Assembly (NCBI GenBank): GCA_040902845.1
Contig: JBBDWM010000042.1
Coordinates: forward strand, 7,343-71,342
DNA length: 64,000 bases
Direction: 5' to 3'
Source: Acidimicrobiia bacterium
GTDB lineage: Bacteria; Actinomycetota; Acidimicrobiia; Spongiisociales; ZC4RG35
The notes under the pieces were generated by a model. The model was given only the letters and a program-made list of their open reading frames with translations. It searched no databases and had not been told where the DNA came from. How positions within the stretch are numbered: position 1 is the stretch's first letter; each line of letters begins with the position of its first letter. Positions 1-8,881 of the stretch are shown piece by piece. The translations under genes were made by a program, and so were the position numbers.

Positions 1-132
1 CGGTGACACCACGTGGTTGAGCCGCACCAAAGGTGTCGGGTTGTCCACCCCGGGGAGCAGATCCCTCACATCCAGAAAGCGCCGCAGATCCCGATCAGTG
101 TCGAGCGAGAGGGCGACTGTTGTTGTTGTCAT
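1..132 (-). CDS. Cysteine synthase-family PLP enzyme (CysK/CysM/CysO-like), 5' end only; runs off the window
   Basis: Not in the ORF track. ATG at 132 reads MTTTTVALSLDTDRDLRRFLDVRDLLPGVDNPTPLVRLNHVVSP. NPTPLVRL is the typical fold-type II PLP enzyme N-terminal motif. GAGGA RBS lies upstream, and a Cys-rich leader precedes it. Confidence 0.75.
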   Translation of the reverse strand, partial: MTTTTVALSLDTDRDLRRFLDVRDLLPGVDNPTPLVRLNHVVSP

Positions 133-158
133 TGTCTCGTTTCCTCAAGTTGGGCAAC

Positions 159-189
159 AAAAAACCCGCATCCGAATGCCGGTGCGGGT
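159..189 (-). terminator. Intrinsic terminator of the cysteine attenuator
   Basis: Minus-strand RNA ACCCGCACCG-GCAUU-CGGAUGCGGGU followed by UUUUUGUUG: a 10-bp stem with one bulge, then a U-tract. Confidence 0.85.
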
Positions 190-223
190 CTGGTGTCTGT
201 CTTGGTTCTTGTTCAGTACATCA

Positions 224-292
224 CTACCCAACCGGCGCGGCGGCACAACAACAGGCGCAGACGCAAGCGCGGTCGGTGAGGTGATAGGTCAT
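224..292 (-). CDS. Cys-rich leader peptide, 22 aa: MTYHLTDRACVCACCCAAAPVG
   Basis: ATG at 292, TAG at 226-224 followed by TGA. Five Cys codons within seven. Lies directly upstream of the terminator and the cysteine synthase-like gene. Confidence 0.85.
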   Translation of the reverse strand: MTYHLTDRACVCACCCAAAPVG

Positions 293-300
293 TGCGCAGG

Positions 301-328
301 ATGGTAGGCGTTACTGGTGGTTCGTCAA
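301..328 (-). promoter_or_regulatory. Sigma70-type promoter for the leader peptide
   Basis: TTGACG (328-323), 16-nt spacer, TACCAT (306-301), then 8 nt to the leader ATG. Confidence 0.7.
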
Positions 329-348
329 GGGGAGGCTCCCCCGTTCCA

Positions 349-392
349 GAGACACACAGGGGTCATATCCGGCCCTGAGCGTCCCAATTACG
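349..392. repeat. Palindromic repeat family A, degenerate copy 1
   Basis: CAGGG-GTCATATCCGG-CCCTGAGCGTCCCAATTACG matches the copies at 34991 and 40387; the left outer arm is decayed. Confidence 0.6.
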
Positions 393-407
393 AAGAGAGG
401 AGAGGGG

Positions 408-1145
408 TCAGTTGCTGAAGGTGACCGAGAAGGCGGGGGCCCATCTGGTCACGACCCGGCCGTAGTTCTCGCCGGCGGCGAGCATGTCCCCCTCGGCGAG
501 GGCGTTCACCGACTGCTGGACCAACTCCACGGATTCGTCGAAAACCAGGTCCTGGGGGTCGAAGAGCTCTGACACCTGGTCGTAATCCAATTCCAGCATC
601 GAGTCGTCGGGGAACAGACTCAGCCACTCCGAAAGTTGCCCCAACTCCTCGGCTGGCCCCTGGAAGATCTGCAACCCGCGCAGCACCTCCAGCACCCGCT
701 CGATGCGCTCCCGCGCCACCTCGAGATCGACCCGATAGCGAAGGCGGGCCTGGCCCTCGATCTCGTAGACCTCCTTGTCCTCGGAAACGAAGGCGGTGAA
801 CCAGCGAACCGGCACGTGCCAAGTAGAAGTCAGCACGTGTGAACGATGCAACGGGTGTTCTTCGTGATACCTGCGCAACTCCTGGTCGGCGGACCGTGCC
901 GCTTCCTCGGGGATCAGCCCTGCCCCCATCCCCCGAAACGCATTGGCAAAGGCGACCGTCGATTCGAGGACGCGAAGCCGGAGGTTTCGCGGGCACACCA
1001 GCCTCCTGCCATTCCAATCAACGGCCCAATCGCCTTCACCCTCGGTTTCGGAGAGAAGGCCATACGACCGCACAAAACCAGGCACCAAGTCGTCGCCTTC
1101 GACGACTTCGGGGGTGTAGACCCGGAGAAAGGCGGTCTTGATCAC
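408..1145 (-). CDS. Conserved actinobacterial hypothetical protein
   Basis: About 245-aa ORF with a likely GTG start at 1145 (VIKTAFLRVY). Motifs WHVPVRWF and LELDY. No function recognised. Confidence 0.7.
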   Translation of the reverse strand: MIKTAFLRVYTPEVVEGDDLVPGFVRSYGLLSETEGEGDWAVDWNGRRLVCPRNLRLRVLESTVAFANAFRGMGAGLIPEEAARSADQELRRYHEEHPLHRSHVLTSTWHVPVRWFTAFVSEDKEVYEIEGQARLRYRVDLEVARERIERVLEVLRGLQIFQGPAEELGQLSEWLSLFPDDSMLELDYDQVSELFDPQDLVFDESVELVQQSVNALAEGDMLAAGENYGRVVTRWAPAFSVTFSN

Positions 1146-1225
1146 GCCCCCATCCTGGCAGAGGGCGAGGGGTAGTATCGAAGAACGGAGTGACACCACC
1201 CGTTTGAGAAGGAGGACGGAGCCCG

Positions 1226-2305
1226 GTGGTATTCGACGACGTGGCCCGGGAGGGTCACGAACAGATCCTCTACGGGTACGACAAAGTATCCGGCCTCCGA
1301 ACGATCATCGCCATCCACTCCACGGCCCTCGGTCCCGCCCTCGGCGGGACCCGCTTTTTCCCATACGAAACCGAGGACGCTGCCCTCACCGACGTCCTCC
1401 GGCTGTCCAAGGGGATGACCTATAAGGCGGCTGCGGCAGGTCTCGACCTCGGTGGCGGCAAGGCGGTCATCATCGGCGACCCCAGGACCGACAAGAGCGA
1501 ACGTCTATTCCGCGCCTTCGGGCGGATCGTGGACAGTCTCCGCGGCCGTTACATCACCGCTGAAGATGTAGGTACCACCGCCCCCGACTTGGACATCGTT
1601 CGGCGTGAGACTCGATGGGCCTTTGGCAACAGTGTCTTCGAAGGAGGGTCGGGTGACCCCTCGCCGATCACCGCACGCGGCTTGTACGCCGCGGCAAGGG
1701 GTGTGGCTCAGTTCCTCTGGAATGACCCCGAACTTGGTGGACGGCGTTTTGCGGTCCAGGGGGTGGGCAAGGTCGGCTCGGCCTTGGTCCAACTTCTGGT
1801 GGAAGCCAGGGCAGAGGTGATCGTCTCGGACTGCTACGAACCGGCGATCAAGGCGGCCGTCGAGAACTTCGGAGTCAAGAGCGTGGAACCAGATCAGATC
1901 CATGCCGTCGACTGCGATTTCTATTCGCCTTGTGCCCTCGGAGCCGGATTGAACCCGACGACTATCCCCGAGCTCAACTGCCAGGCCATCGTGGGCAGCG
2001 CCAACAACCAGTTGGCCAATCCAAGCGACGCGGATCTGTTGGCGGCCCGGGGAATCCTCTACGCCCCGGACTTCGTGGTCAACGCCGGAGGGTTGATCAA
2101 CGTCTACGACGAGTTGCAGGGCTACTCCAAGATGCGCGCCATGCACCGGGTCGACTCGATCTTCGAGGCCACGATGGAAGTCCTGGCAAGGGCGAAGCGA
2201 GAAGGGGTGAATCCCAATACGGCCGCGGTGAGCAAGGCCGAGGAGCGGATCAGGGACATCGGCGACTTGCGGCGATTCCGGAGAAGCGGAGAAGATCGGA
2301 ATTGA
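1226..2305 (+). CDS. Leu/Val dehydrogenase (Glu/Leu/Phe/Val dehydrogenase family)
   Basis: GPALGGTR, LSKGMTYK, GGGKAV, AEDVGT, GVGKVG, GSANNQL; AGGAGG RBS. Confidence 0.92.
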   Translation: MVFDDVAREGHEQILYGYDKVSGLRTIIAIHSTALGPALGGTRFFPYETEDAALTDVLRLSKGMTYKAAAAGLDLGGGKAVIIGDPRTDKSERLFRAFGRIVDSLRGRYITAEDVGTTAPDLDIVRRETRWAFGNSVFEGGSGDPSPITARGLYAAARGVAQFLWNDPELGGRRFAVQGVGKVGSALVQLLVEARAEVIVSDCYEPAIKAAVENFGVKSVEPDQIHAVDCDFYSPCALGAGLNPTTIPELNCQAIVGSANNQLANPSDADLLAARGILYAPDFVVNAGGLINVYDELQGYSKMRAMHRVDSIFEATMEVLARAKREGVNPNTAAVSKAEERIRDIGDLRRFRRSGEDRN

Positions 2306-2322
2306 TTCATCGTTCCCTTGGC

Positions 2323-4347
2323 ATGGACTTCGACAGGAACCTGCACCATTGGGAGTTGGGGTTGACCGACGACCAGATGGTCGAGATGTACCGCTTGATG
2401 CTCACGGCGAGACGTGTCGACGACCGCATGTTCGCACTCCAACGCCAGGGCCGGGCCCCGTTTGTGGTCGGCTCCTCTGGCCATGAGGCGGTCCAGGTGG
2501 CGTCAGTATTCGCCCTCGACCGAGCCAAGGACTGGGTCCTCCCCTACTACCGGGACATGGGCGTGGCCCTGGCCTGGGGCTTCACCCCCGAGGACATCTT
2601 CCTCGGGGCCTTCGCCAAGAAGTCCGACCCTATGTCCGGCGGGCGCCAGCTCCCGGGGCATTGGTCGAGCCCAGAGCTCAGGGTTCTTACTCAATCCTCG
2701 GTTATCGCGACTCAATACCCGCACGCGGTCGGGATCGCCCAGGCGATCGTGACCAGAGGAGAGGATGCGGTGGTGGCCGTATACGGGGGAGAAGGGTCGA
2801 CCTCGGAGGGGGATTGGCACGAGGCGATGAACTGGGCCGGCATCCGCAAGCTCCCAATCATCTTCGTCATCGAGAACAACAACTACGCCATCTCGGTGCC
2901 GAGCGAGGAGCAAGTGGCCGGGAGTCTTGCCGCCAGGGCCACCGGCTACGGGTTCCCTGGAGTCGAGGTCGATGGCAACCGGACACTCCGGGTCCTCAAG
3001 GTGATGCAGGAGGCCGTGGCCAGAGCGCGAGCCGGCGAGGGCTCGACCCTTATCGAAGCAGAGACCTATCGCTACTACGCCCACACCTCCGACGACAACG
3101 ACGCCCTCTATCGCAGCCGGGAGGAGGTCGAGACGTGGCGCAAGCGTGACCCGGTGGCCCGGGTCCGCCAATACCTCATCGAGAACAGATTGCTGACCGA
3201 GGCCGAGGAGAACGCGCTCGACGACGAGGTGGTCAGGAGCCTGGCACAGGCCGTGGAAGTGGCTGAGGCTGCACCTGTCCCGGATGAGCCGACGTCGCGG
3301 GTCTACGCGAGGGTCATCGAGCCCGGGCCTCCGGTCACCGAGCCGGAGCCGACGCCCATAGGAGAGACGGTCAACCTGATCACAGCAATCAACAGGGCCC
3401 TCCACGAGGTCTTCGAGGCCCACGATGACGTGGTCCTGTTCGGTGAGGACGTTGCCCGGCGAAAAGGCGGGGTGTTCAAGGCGACCCAGGACCTGACCGA
3501 GCGTTTCGGGGCGAAGCGGTGCTTCAACACCCCGATTGCCGAGTCCTCGATCATCGGAGCCGCCATCGGAATGTCGGTAGCTGGGTTCAAGGTGATCCCC
3601 GAGATCCAGTTCGCCGACTACATCCATCCGGCCTTTGACCAGATCGTGTCCGAGGCGGCAAGGATCAGTTTTCGATCCGACGGCCGTTGGAACGTGCCAA
3701 TCGTGATTCGAACTCCATACGGGGCCGGCATCCATGGAGCGCTCTATCACTCCCAGTCGATCGAGTCGTTCTACGCCCACGTCCCGGGTTTGAAGGTCGT
3801 GGTCCCGTCAACACCTGCCGACGTCAAGGGACTCCTGTTCACTGCGGTCGAGGATCCCGATCCGGTGATCTTCCTCGAGCCGAAGAAGCTCTACCGGCTC
3901 GCCAAGGGCCCCTACCCCGAGGGCGAGTACCGGGTGCCATTGGGCCGGGCCGCGATACGTCACCAGGGATCGGATCTCACGATCATCGCCTATGGGGCCA
4001 TGGCTCATTTCGCCATGGAGGCGGTTCCCGTTCTCGAAGAGTTGGGGATCAGCCCAGAATTGATCGACCTGCGCAGTCTCAAGCCTCTCGATTGGCCGAC
4101 GATCGAGGAGTCGATCAAGAAAACCTCGAGGGCTCTCATCGTGCATGAGGACAACGAGTTCGTCGGCTACGGCGCTGAGATCGCAGCCCAAATCGCCGAC
4201 AAGACCTTCGAATACCTGGACGCCCCGGTTCGGAGATACGCCCTGGCCGACGTGCCGTCGATGCCCTACGCCGGATCGCTGGAGAACGAGCTGTATCCCT
4301 CCCCTGAAGGGATCGTCCGCCACGCCCAGGATCTGGCGAAGTATTAG
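2323..4347 (+). CDS. Fused E1 alpha/beta 2-oxoacid dehydrogenase, probably branched-chain specific
   Basis: ThDP motif GEG...ENN in the alpha half; GEDV, GGVF, EIQFADY, HSQS, FLEPK in the beta half. True start is ATG 2323, not 1930. Confidence 0.9.
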   Translation: MDFDRNLHHWELGLTDDQMVEMYRLMLTARRVDDRMFALQRQGRAPFVVGSSGHEAVQVASVFALDRAKDWVLPYYRDMGVALAWGFTPEDIFLGAFAKKSDPMSGGRQLPGHWSSPELRVLTQSSVIATQYPHAVGIAQAIVTRGEDAVVAVYGGEGSTSEGDWHEAMNWAGIRKLPIIFVIENNNYAISVPSEEQVAGSLAARATGYGFPGVEVDGNRTLRVLKVMQEAVARARAGEGSTLIEAETYRYYAHTSDDNDALYRSREEVETWRKRDPVARVRQYLIENRLLTEAEENALDDEVVRSLAQAVEVAEAAPVPDEPTSRVYARVIEPGPPVTEPEPTPIGETVNLITAINRALHEVFEAHDDVVLFGEDVARRKGGVFKATQDLTERFGAKRCFNTPIAESSIIGAAIGMSVAGFKVIPEIQFADYIHPAFDQIVSEAARISFRSDGRWNVPIVIRTPYGAGIHGALYHSQSIESFYAHVPGLKVVVPSTPADVKGLLFTAVEDPDPVIFLEPKKLYRLAKGPYPEGEYRVPLGRAAIRHQGSDLTIIAYGAMAHFAMEAVPVLEELGISPELIDLRSLKPLDWPTIEESIKKTSRALIVHEDNEFVGYGAEIAAQIADKTFEYLDAPVRRYALADVPSMPYAGSLENELYPSPEGIVRHAQDLAKY

Positions 4348-4362
4348 GCGCCCGGCGGGCGC

Positions 4363-4392
4363 CGCAATACGCAAAACGCAAAACGCAATACG
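4363..4392. repeat. Heptamer tandem array CGCAATA-CGCAAAA-CGCAAAA-CGCAATA following a GC hairpin
   Basis: Read directly; preceded by GGCGCCC-GGC-GGGCGCC (4347-4363). Confidence 0.7.
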
Positions 4393-4428
4393 TTGGGCGT
4401 TTGACGGACTCCTAAGGTCTCCGACCAT

Positions 4429-6192
4429 ATGTCGCTGATCGCCCATCTGACCCAAATCGCCGGTGCGGCCTTCTCCAAGCTCGGGTTTCCCGCCGCCCTC
4501 GGTGAGGTCGTGCCCTCGCAGCGGCCCGAACTGGCCCAGTTTCAATGCAATGGGGCCATGAGCGCGGCCAAGGTCGCAGGAAGGCCCCCCGCTGAGATCG
4601 CGGCAGAGGTAGCAGGCCTAATAGCGGCCAACGTGGACATCGCCCGGGCCGAGGTGGCCCCACCCGGCTTTATCAACATCACACTGACCGACGACGCCCT
4701 GGCGCGCTGGGCCGGTCTCTCAGCCGGTGACGGCCATCTGGGGTATCCGGTCACCGCTACTCCCGAGAACGTGGTGGTCGACTACGCCGGCCCCAATGTC
4801 TCCAAGGCGATGCACGTCGGTCATCTCCGGGCAACCATCATTGGGGACTCCCTGGCCCGCCTCTTCACCTTTGCCGGGCACAAGGTGATCCGCGACCCCC
4901 ACTTCGGCGACTGGGGCTTCAACATGGGGTTGCTCATCGCCGCCATCGAGGAGGCCCAATCCGACCTTCCGTACTTCGACGCCGGCGTCTCCCAATTCCC
5001 AGAACAGTCTCCTGTGTCCCTCGACGACCTGGAGCGGTTGTATCCGGAGGCCGCGGCGAGGGCCCGCGCCGACACTGCTTTCGCCCACACCGCGCGGGAG
5101 GCGACGGTCCGTCTCCAACAGGGCGACCCTGGGTATCTGGCCTTGTGGCGGCACATGAAATACGCCTCCGAGGTGGCCCAACGCGAGGACTTCGCCTCCC
5201 TCGGGGTGAACTTCGACCTCTGGTACGGGGAGTCTGACGTCCGAGATCGGATCGCCCCGATGGTCGCCTCGCTGGTCGCGTCCGGGGTCACCGAAGAGTC
5301 GGACGGTGCGATCGTCATAAGGGTCGCCGAGGAAGACGACAAGCGAGACATCCCACCGCTGATCCTGGAATCGTCGGTGGGAGGCTCCCTTTACAGCACG
5401 ACCGATCTGGCCACCATCGAGATGCGGATGGAGGAGCTTCACGCCGAACTCGTCCTCTACGTGGTGGACAAGCGGCAAGCCGACCATTTCCTCCAGCTGT
5501 TCCGTGCCGCACACAAGGCAGGGATGATCCCGACCGGGGCCAGACTCGAGCACATCTGGTTCGGGACCATGAACGGCCCCGATGGCAAGCCGTTCAAGAC
5601 CAGAGAGGGGGGTGTAGTCCGGCTGGCCGATGTGATCGAGATGCTCACCGACGCCGCCCGCCGCCGGTTGGACGAGGCGCATCTAGCCGAGGACTACCCC
5701 GCCGAGGAAAGGGAACGCATCGCCTCGTTGGTGGGGATCGCCGCGTTGAAGTTCGGGGACCTGATCAACAACCGGGTCTCGGACTACGTGTTCGACCTCG
5801 ATCGGTTCAGCTCCTTCGAGGGAAAGACCGGCCCCTACCTCCAATACGCCGCGGTGCGCATCAAGTCGATCCTGCGCAAAGCCGTCGAGGCAGGTTTGAG
5901 CCAGGGCGAGATCTCACCGCCGGCGGTCGATGTCGAGCGAGACCTGGTCGTGGATCTGTTGCGGCTCCCCGAGGTGGTCCAGCGCACGATCGACCTCCGA
6001 TCTCCCAACCACGTGGCGGAGTTCGCCTACGGGGTGGCGGGCCGTTTCAACCGCTTCTATGACACCTGTCACATCCTCTCCGAACCCGACCCGGTGCGAC
6101 AGGCGTCATGGCTTGCGCTTTCGGCGTGGGCGCTGAGGGCATTGGAACGTCTGCTCGACCTGTTGGGGATCGAGATTCCCGACCGGATGTAG
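4429..6192 (+). CDS. argS: Arginine--tRNA ligase
   Basis: PNVSKAMHVGHLR (HIGH-type motif), GDWG, FKTREG, GKTGPYLQYA. Confidence 0.96.
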   Translation: MSLIAHLTQIAGAAFSKLGFPAALGEVVPSQRPELAQFQCNGAMSAAKVAGRPPAEIAAEVAGLIAANVDIARAEVAPPGFINITLTDDALARWAGLSAGDGHLGYPVTATPENVVVDYAGPNVSKAMHVGHLRATIIGDSLARLFTFAGHKVIRDPHFGDWGFNMGLLIAAIEEAQSDLPYFDAGVSQFPEQSPVSLDDLERLYPEAAARARADTAFAHTAREATVRLQQGDPGYLALWRHMKYASEVAQREDFASLGVNFDLWYGESDVRDRIAPMVASLVASGVTEESDGAIVIRVAEEDDKRDIPPLILESSVGGSLYSTTDLATIEMRMEELHAELVLYVVDKRQADHFLQLFRAAHKAGMIPTGARLEHIWFGTMNGPDGKPFKTREGGVVRLADVIEMLTDAARRRLDEAHLAEDYPAEERERIASLVGIAALKFGDLINNRVSDYVFDLDRFSSFEGKTGPYLQYAAVRIKSILRKAVEAGLSQGEISPPAVDVERDLVVDLLRLPEVVQRTIDLRSPNHVAEFAYGVAGRFNRFYDTCHILSEPDPVRQASWLALSAWALRALERLLDLLGIEIPDRM

Positions 6193-6194
6193 AC

Positions 6195-7037
6195 ATGGCC
6201 TTCACGCTTCGCCCCGCACGCCAGGACGATGTGCCCAAGATCGAGCCCTGGACTCGTGACACCTTCACCTGGGGCGACTACGTGGGTGAGGCGTTGCCAA
6301 CATGGATTGAGGATCAGAGGTCAATGGTTGTGGTTTGTGTCGACGGCGACGACAACCCCCTGGCGATGTCACGTGCCGAAATGCTGTCCCCGACCGAAGG
6401 ATGGTTGAGTGCGGCGCGGGTCCATCCCGATCATCGTCGGGCCGGGATGGGTGCGGCCATGAACGACTACGGGGTGCAATGGACACGAGAGCATGGGGCA
6501 CAAATCGTCCGACTCGTGATCGAGGAGGAGAACCAGGCGGCAAGATCCCAGGTCGAGAAGCTCGGCTATCGCAACACCTGTGTCTGGATCCTGGGGACCG
6601 CCGAGACACCGCGAGGGCCGCTGCCGCGAGAGCGGGACCGGCTTCACCCGGCCTCGGGCGCCGATGCCGATGCCGGCTGGCTGATGTGGCTGGGAAGCGA
6701 TTTGGCCCGGGCCGGCCGGGAGCTCTATCCGGGGAACTGGCGGTGGCGCAAGGCACTCCGAAGCGACCTCGACATCCCGGTGAGCGACCGGAACCTGCTC
6801 CAGGGTGGCGCCGGTTGGGTGGTGGCCGTCCCCGATCAGGACACGCTGGGGGTGGCTTGGATGGTCACCGACCCGGCTGACTGCCCTGCGCTCCTCGAGG
6901 GAATCGCCGAAGTTACCCGTCAGTTGGGAATGGCCCGGATCGAGATCTACATCCCGGAGACACCATGGAGTGGCGAGGCGTTGATCAGGGAAGGATTCGC
7001 GACTCGACGACTATTGATTTACGCCAAGAGTTTGTAG
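6195..7037 (+). CDS. GNAT family N-acetyltransferase
   Basis: RVHPDHRRAGMG motif A and N..A...EKLGY; start refined to ATG 6195. Confidence 0.8.
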   Translation: MAFTLRPARQDDVPKIEPWTRDTFTWGDYVGEALPTWIEDQRSMVVVCVDGDDNPLAMSRAEMLSPTEGWLSAARVHPDHRRAGMGAAMNDYGVQWTREHGAQIVRLVIEEENQAARSQVEKLGYRNTCVWILGTAETPRGPLPRERDRLHPASGADADAGWLMWLGSDLARAGRELYPGNWRWRKALRSDLDIPVSDRNLLQGGAGWVVAVPDQDTLGVAWMVTDPADCPALLEGIAEVTRQLGMARIEIYIPETPWSGEALIREGFATRRLLIYAKSL

Positions 7038-7040
7038 GTC

Positions 7041-7631
7041 TCAGGCGAAGATCGCCATCGTGGCGATAGCCCAGACCACGAACAGACAGGGCACATCGGC
7101 CCGCTCCAACCAGGACGGGGCGTTCGGGGCCCAGCGAATGAGCAGTGAAAGCGGCACCCCGATCAGGGGCATGACCACCATGCCGGCGATCCCAACCGCC
7201 CGCAGCCCTTCGGCGCCCTTGTGAAGGGGCTCAGGTAGGTCTTCGAGAAGCCCACTGATGACCCCGTAGGCCAGCAAGGCGGCGAATCCGACAAGAAACA
7301 CAGCCACCGTCCGGCCGATACCCACTTCCCAGAGCTGGAAACCGACCAGTTTTCGGCCCCGGCCGAGAGGGCCCTCGGATGCGACCCCAAGACAGAACAG
7401 ACCGACGATCGCCAGAACGAGAGCAGAAGCGAGCATGGCACCGGTGGATAGTTCCTGGACGACGTTGACGATCTCAAAGCCGGCGAGCAGAACGGCGATC
7501 GCCAGGCCAACGAGAAGACTTCCCAGGACCATCAATCCCACGTCGAGCATCGTGCCGAACGCCCCATAGGCGAGGATGGCGTAACGCTTGACCATTGCGA
7601 GGGGGTCGGTGCGGCTGGCGCCTTCGGTCAA
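7041..7631 (-). CDS. Hypothetical integral membrane protein
   Basis: Several hydrophobic helices; TTG start overlapping the glcF stop (TTGA) with a GGAGGAG RBS. Confidence 0.65.
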   Translation of the reverse strand: MTEGASRTDPLAMVKRYAILAYGAFGTMLDVGLMVLGSLLVGLAIAVLLAGFEIVNVVQELSTGAMLASALVLAIVGLFCLGVASEGPLGRGRKLVGFQLWEVGIGRTVAVFLVGFAALLAYGVISGLLEDLPEPLHKGAEGLRAVGIAGMVVMPLIGVPLSLLIRWAPNAPSWLERADVPCLFVVWAIATMAIFA

Positions 7632-8881
7632 CGTGACTCCTCCAAGGCGGCGACGATACCGCCCAACCTTTCCCGTTTGATGGCTTGCAGGTACCACTCG
7701 ATGGGGTGGGCGACCTCAAACCCGTCACCGAGTGCGCTTCGCAGCTGCATCTCACAACCGGGGTTGGCGGACGCCACTTTTGTCACCCCGGTTGAACGAA
7801 CCTGGGCCGCCTTTTGGTTTCCGAGCTCCTGGGAAGCCTCAGGCTGGAGGATGGTGTAGAGACCGGCAGCGCCACAGCACATGCCGGTGGGGTCGATCTC
7901 GACCACCTCGTAACCGGCGGCCTGGAGGATCAGCCTCGGCTCGACCATGACCTTCTGGGCATGACGAAGATGACACGGGTCCTGAACCGCCATCGAGCCG
8001 GATACCGATGCAACCTTGGGCAGCAATCCCCTTTCAATTGCGTTGGCGACCGCCACCGTCACGTCCAGCGCGGTCGACCCAACCCCCTCCCCACCACTCG
8101 CCCAGTGGGCGTAGTCGCGGAGATGCGCCGAGCAACCAGCCGCGGTGGCCACGACCATGTCGTAGCCGCTCAACACCGGCGTGTTGCGCTCCGCAAGCAG
8201 ATGGGCCTCCGGCGCCTTGCCGTCGTGGGCGGCGAGGGCGCCACAACAGGTCTGTCCCACCGGCACCTCGACCCGGTAACCGGCCAATTCCAACAACTCG
8301 ATGGCGGCGTGGTTGACCGGTTGGAACCACTGGTCCTGAATACACCCGGCAACTAGGGCCACCCTCCCCGACGTCCCGTCGCCTCCAACATGCCCGACCA
8401 CCGAGCCAGGCCGACCTCGCAGGTCCCGCATCCCCGAAGCCAGCCGACGCCACCTTCTTGGGGCCAGCTTCGTCGCCCCGGTCATCTGGGCCAGGCTGAG
8501 GGCGCTGCTCCCGAAACCGAGCGACCGACGAGAGCCGAGCACCGAGCCGAGCAGGAACGACCGGATTCGATGGGACATCGACGGGCGTTGGGCGACGATC
8601 TCGGCTCGAGTTCCCTCGAGGGCACGCCCGTATGGCACCAGACCGGGGCAAACCGGCTCGCAAGCGCGGCAACCCAGACAGAAGTCGATGATCCCCTGGA
8701 AAGTGGCATCGATCTCGATCACTCCCTCGTGAACTGCGCTCATCGCGTGCAACCTGCCTCGGGGCGAAGCGGTTTCCCGACCTGTGAGACGGTAGGTGGG
8801 GCAATGGGGCAGGCACAGACCGCATTGCACGCAGGCGTTCAACTCGTCGGTTGTCGGATGCTCGATCGTCACCCAACCCAT
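7628..8881 (-). CDS. glcF: Glycolate oxidase Fe-S subunit
   Basis: CVQCGLCLPHCP, SPRGR, CLGCRACEPVCP, two CCG domains; TGATG coupling to glcE. Confidence 0.88.
   Translation of the reverse strand: MGWVTIEHPTTDELNACVQCGLCLPHCPTYRLTGRETASPRGRLHAMSAVHEGVIEIDATFQGIIDFCLGCRACEPVCPGLVPYGRALEGTRAEIVAQRPSMSHRIRSFLLGSVLGSRRSLGFGSSALSLAQMTGATKLAPRRWRRLASGMRDLRGRPGSVVGHVGGDGTSGRVALVAGCIQDQWFQPVNHAAIELLELAGYRVEVPVGQTCCGALAAHDGKAPEAHLLAERNTPVLSGYDMVVATAAGCSAHLRDYAHWASGGEGVGSTALDVTVAVANAIERGLLPKVASVSGSMAVQDPCHLRHAQKVMVEPRLILQAAGYEVVEIDPTGMCCGAAGLYTILQPEASQELGNQKAAQVRSTGVTKVASANPGCEMQLRSALGDGFEVAHPIEWYLQAIKRERLGGIVAALEESR

Noticed and set aside
13-279. Plus-strand ORF with a CCCCHC run, as the Cys leader or a metal-binding peptide
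   Set aside because: Its TGT run is the antisense of the ACA (Thr) codons at the start of the real minus-strand gene. The promoter, RBS and terminator all point to the minus strand.
1930-2322. N-terminal extension of E1 overlapping the dehydrogenase; similar extensions at 21445, 30690, 45827 and 51953
   Set aside because: These are out-of-frame or antisense overlaps of neighbouring genes with Arg/Pro-rich junk composition, and better starts exist downstream.
2503-3780. Long antisense ORFs (also 9879-11414, 35012-36307, 41851-42978, 48524-49714)
   Set aside because: They are shadows of real genes, expected at high GC, and carry no recognisable motifs.
4348-4428. T-box or other leader upstream of argS
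   Set aside because: The region is only 81 bp, is occupied by a hairpin and a heptamer array, and has no T-box motif.
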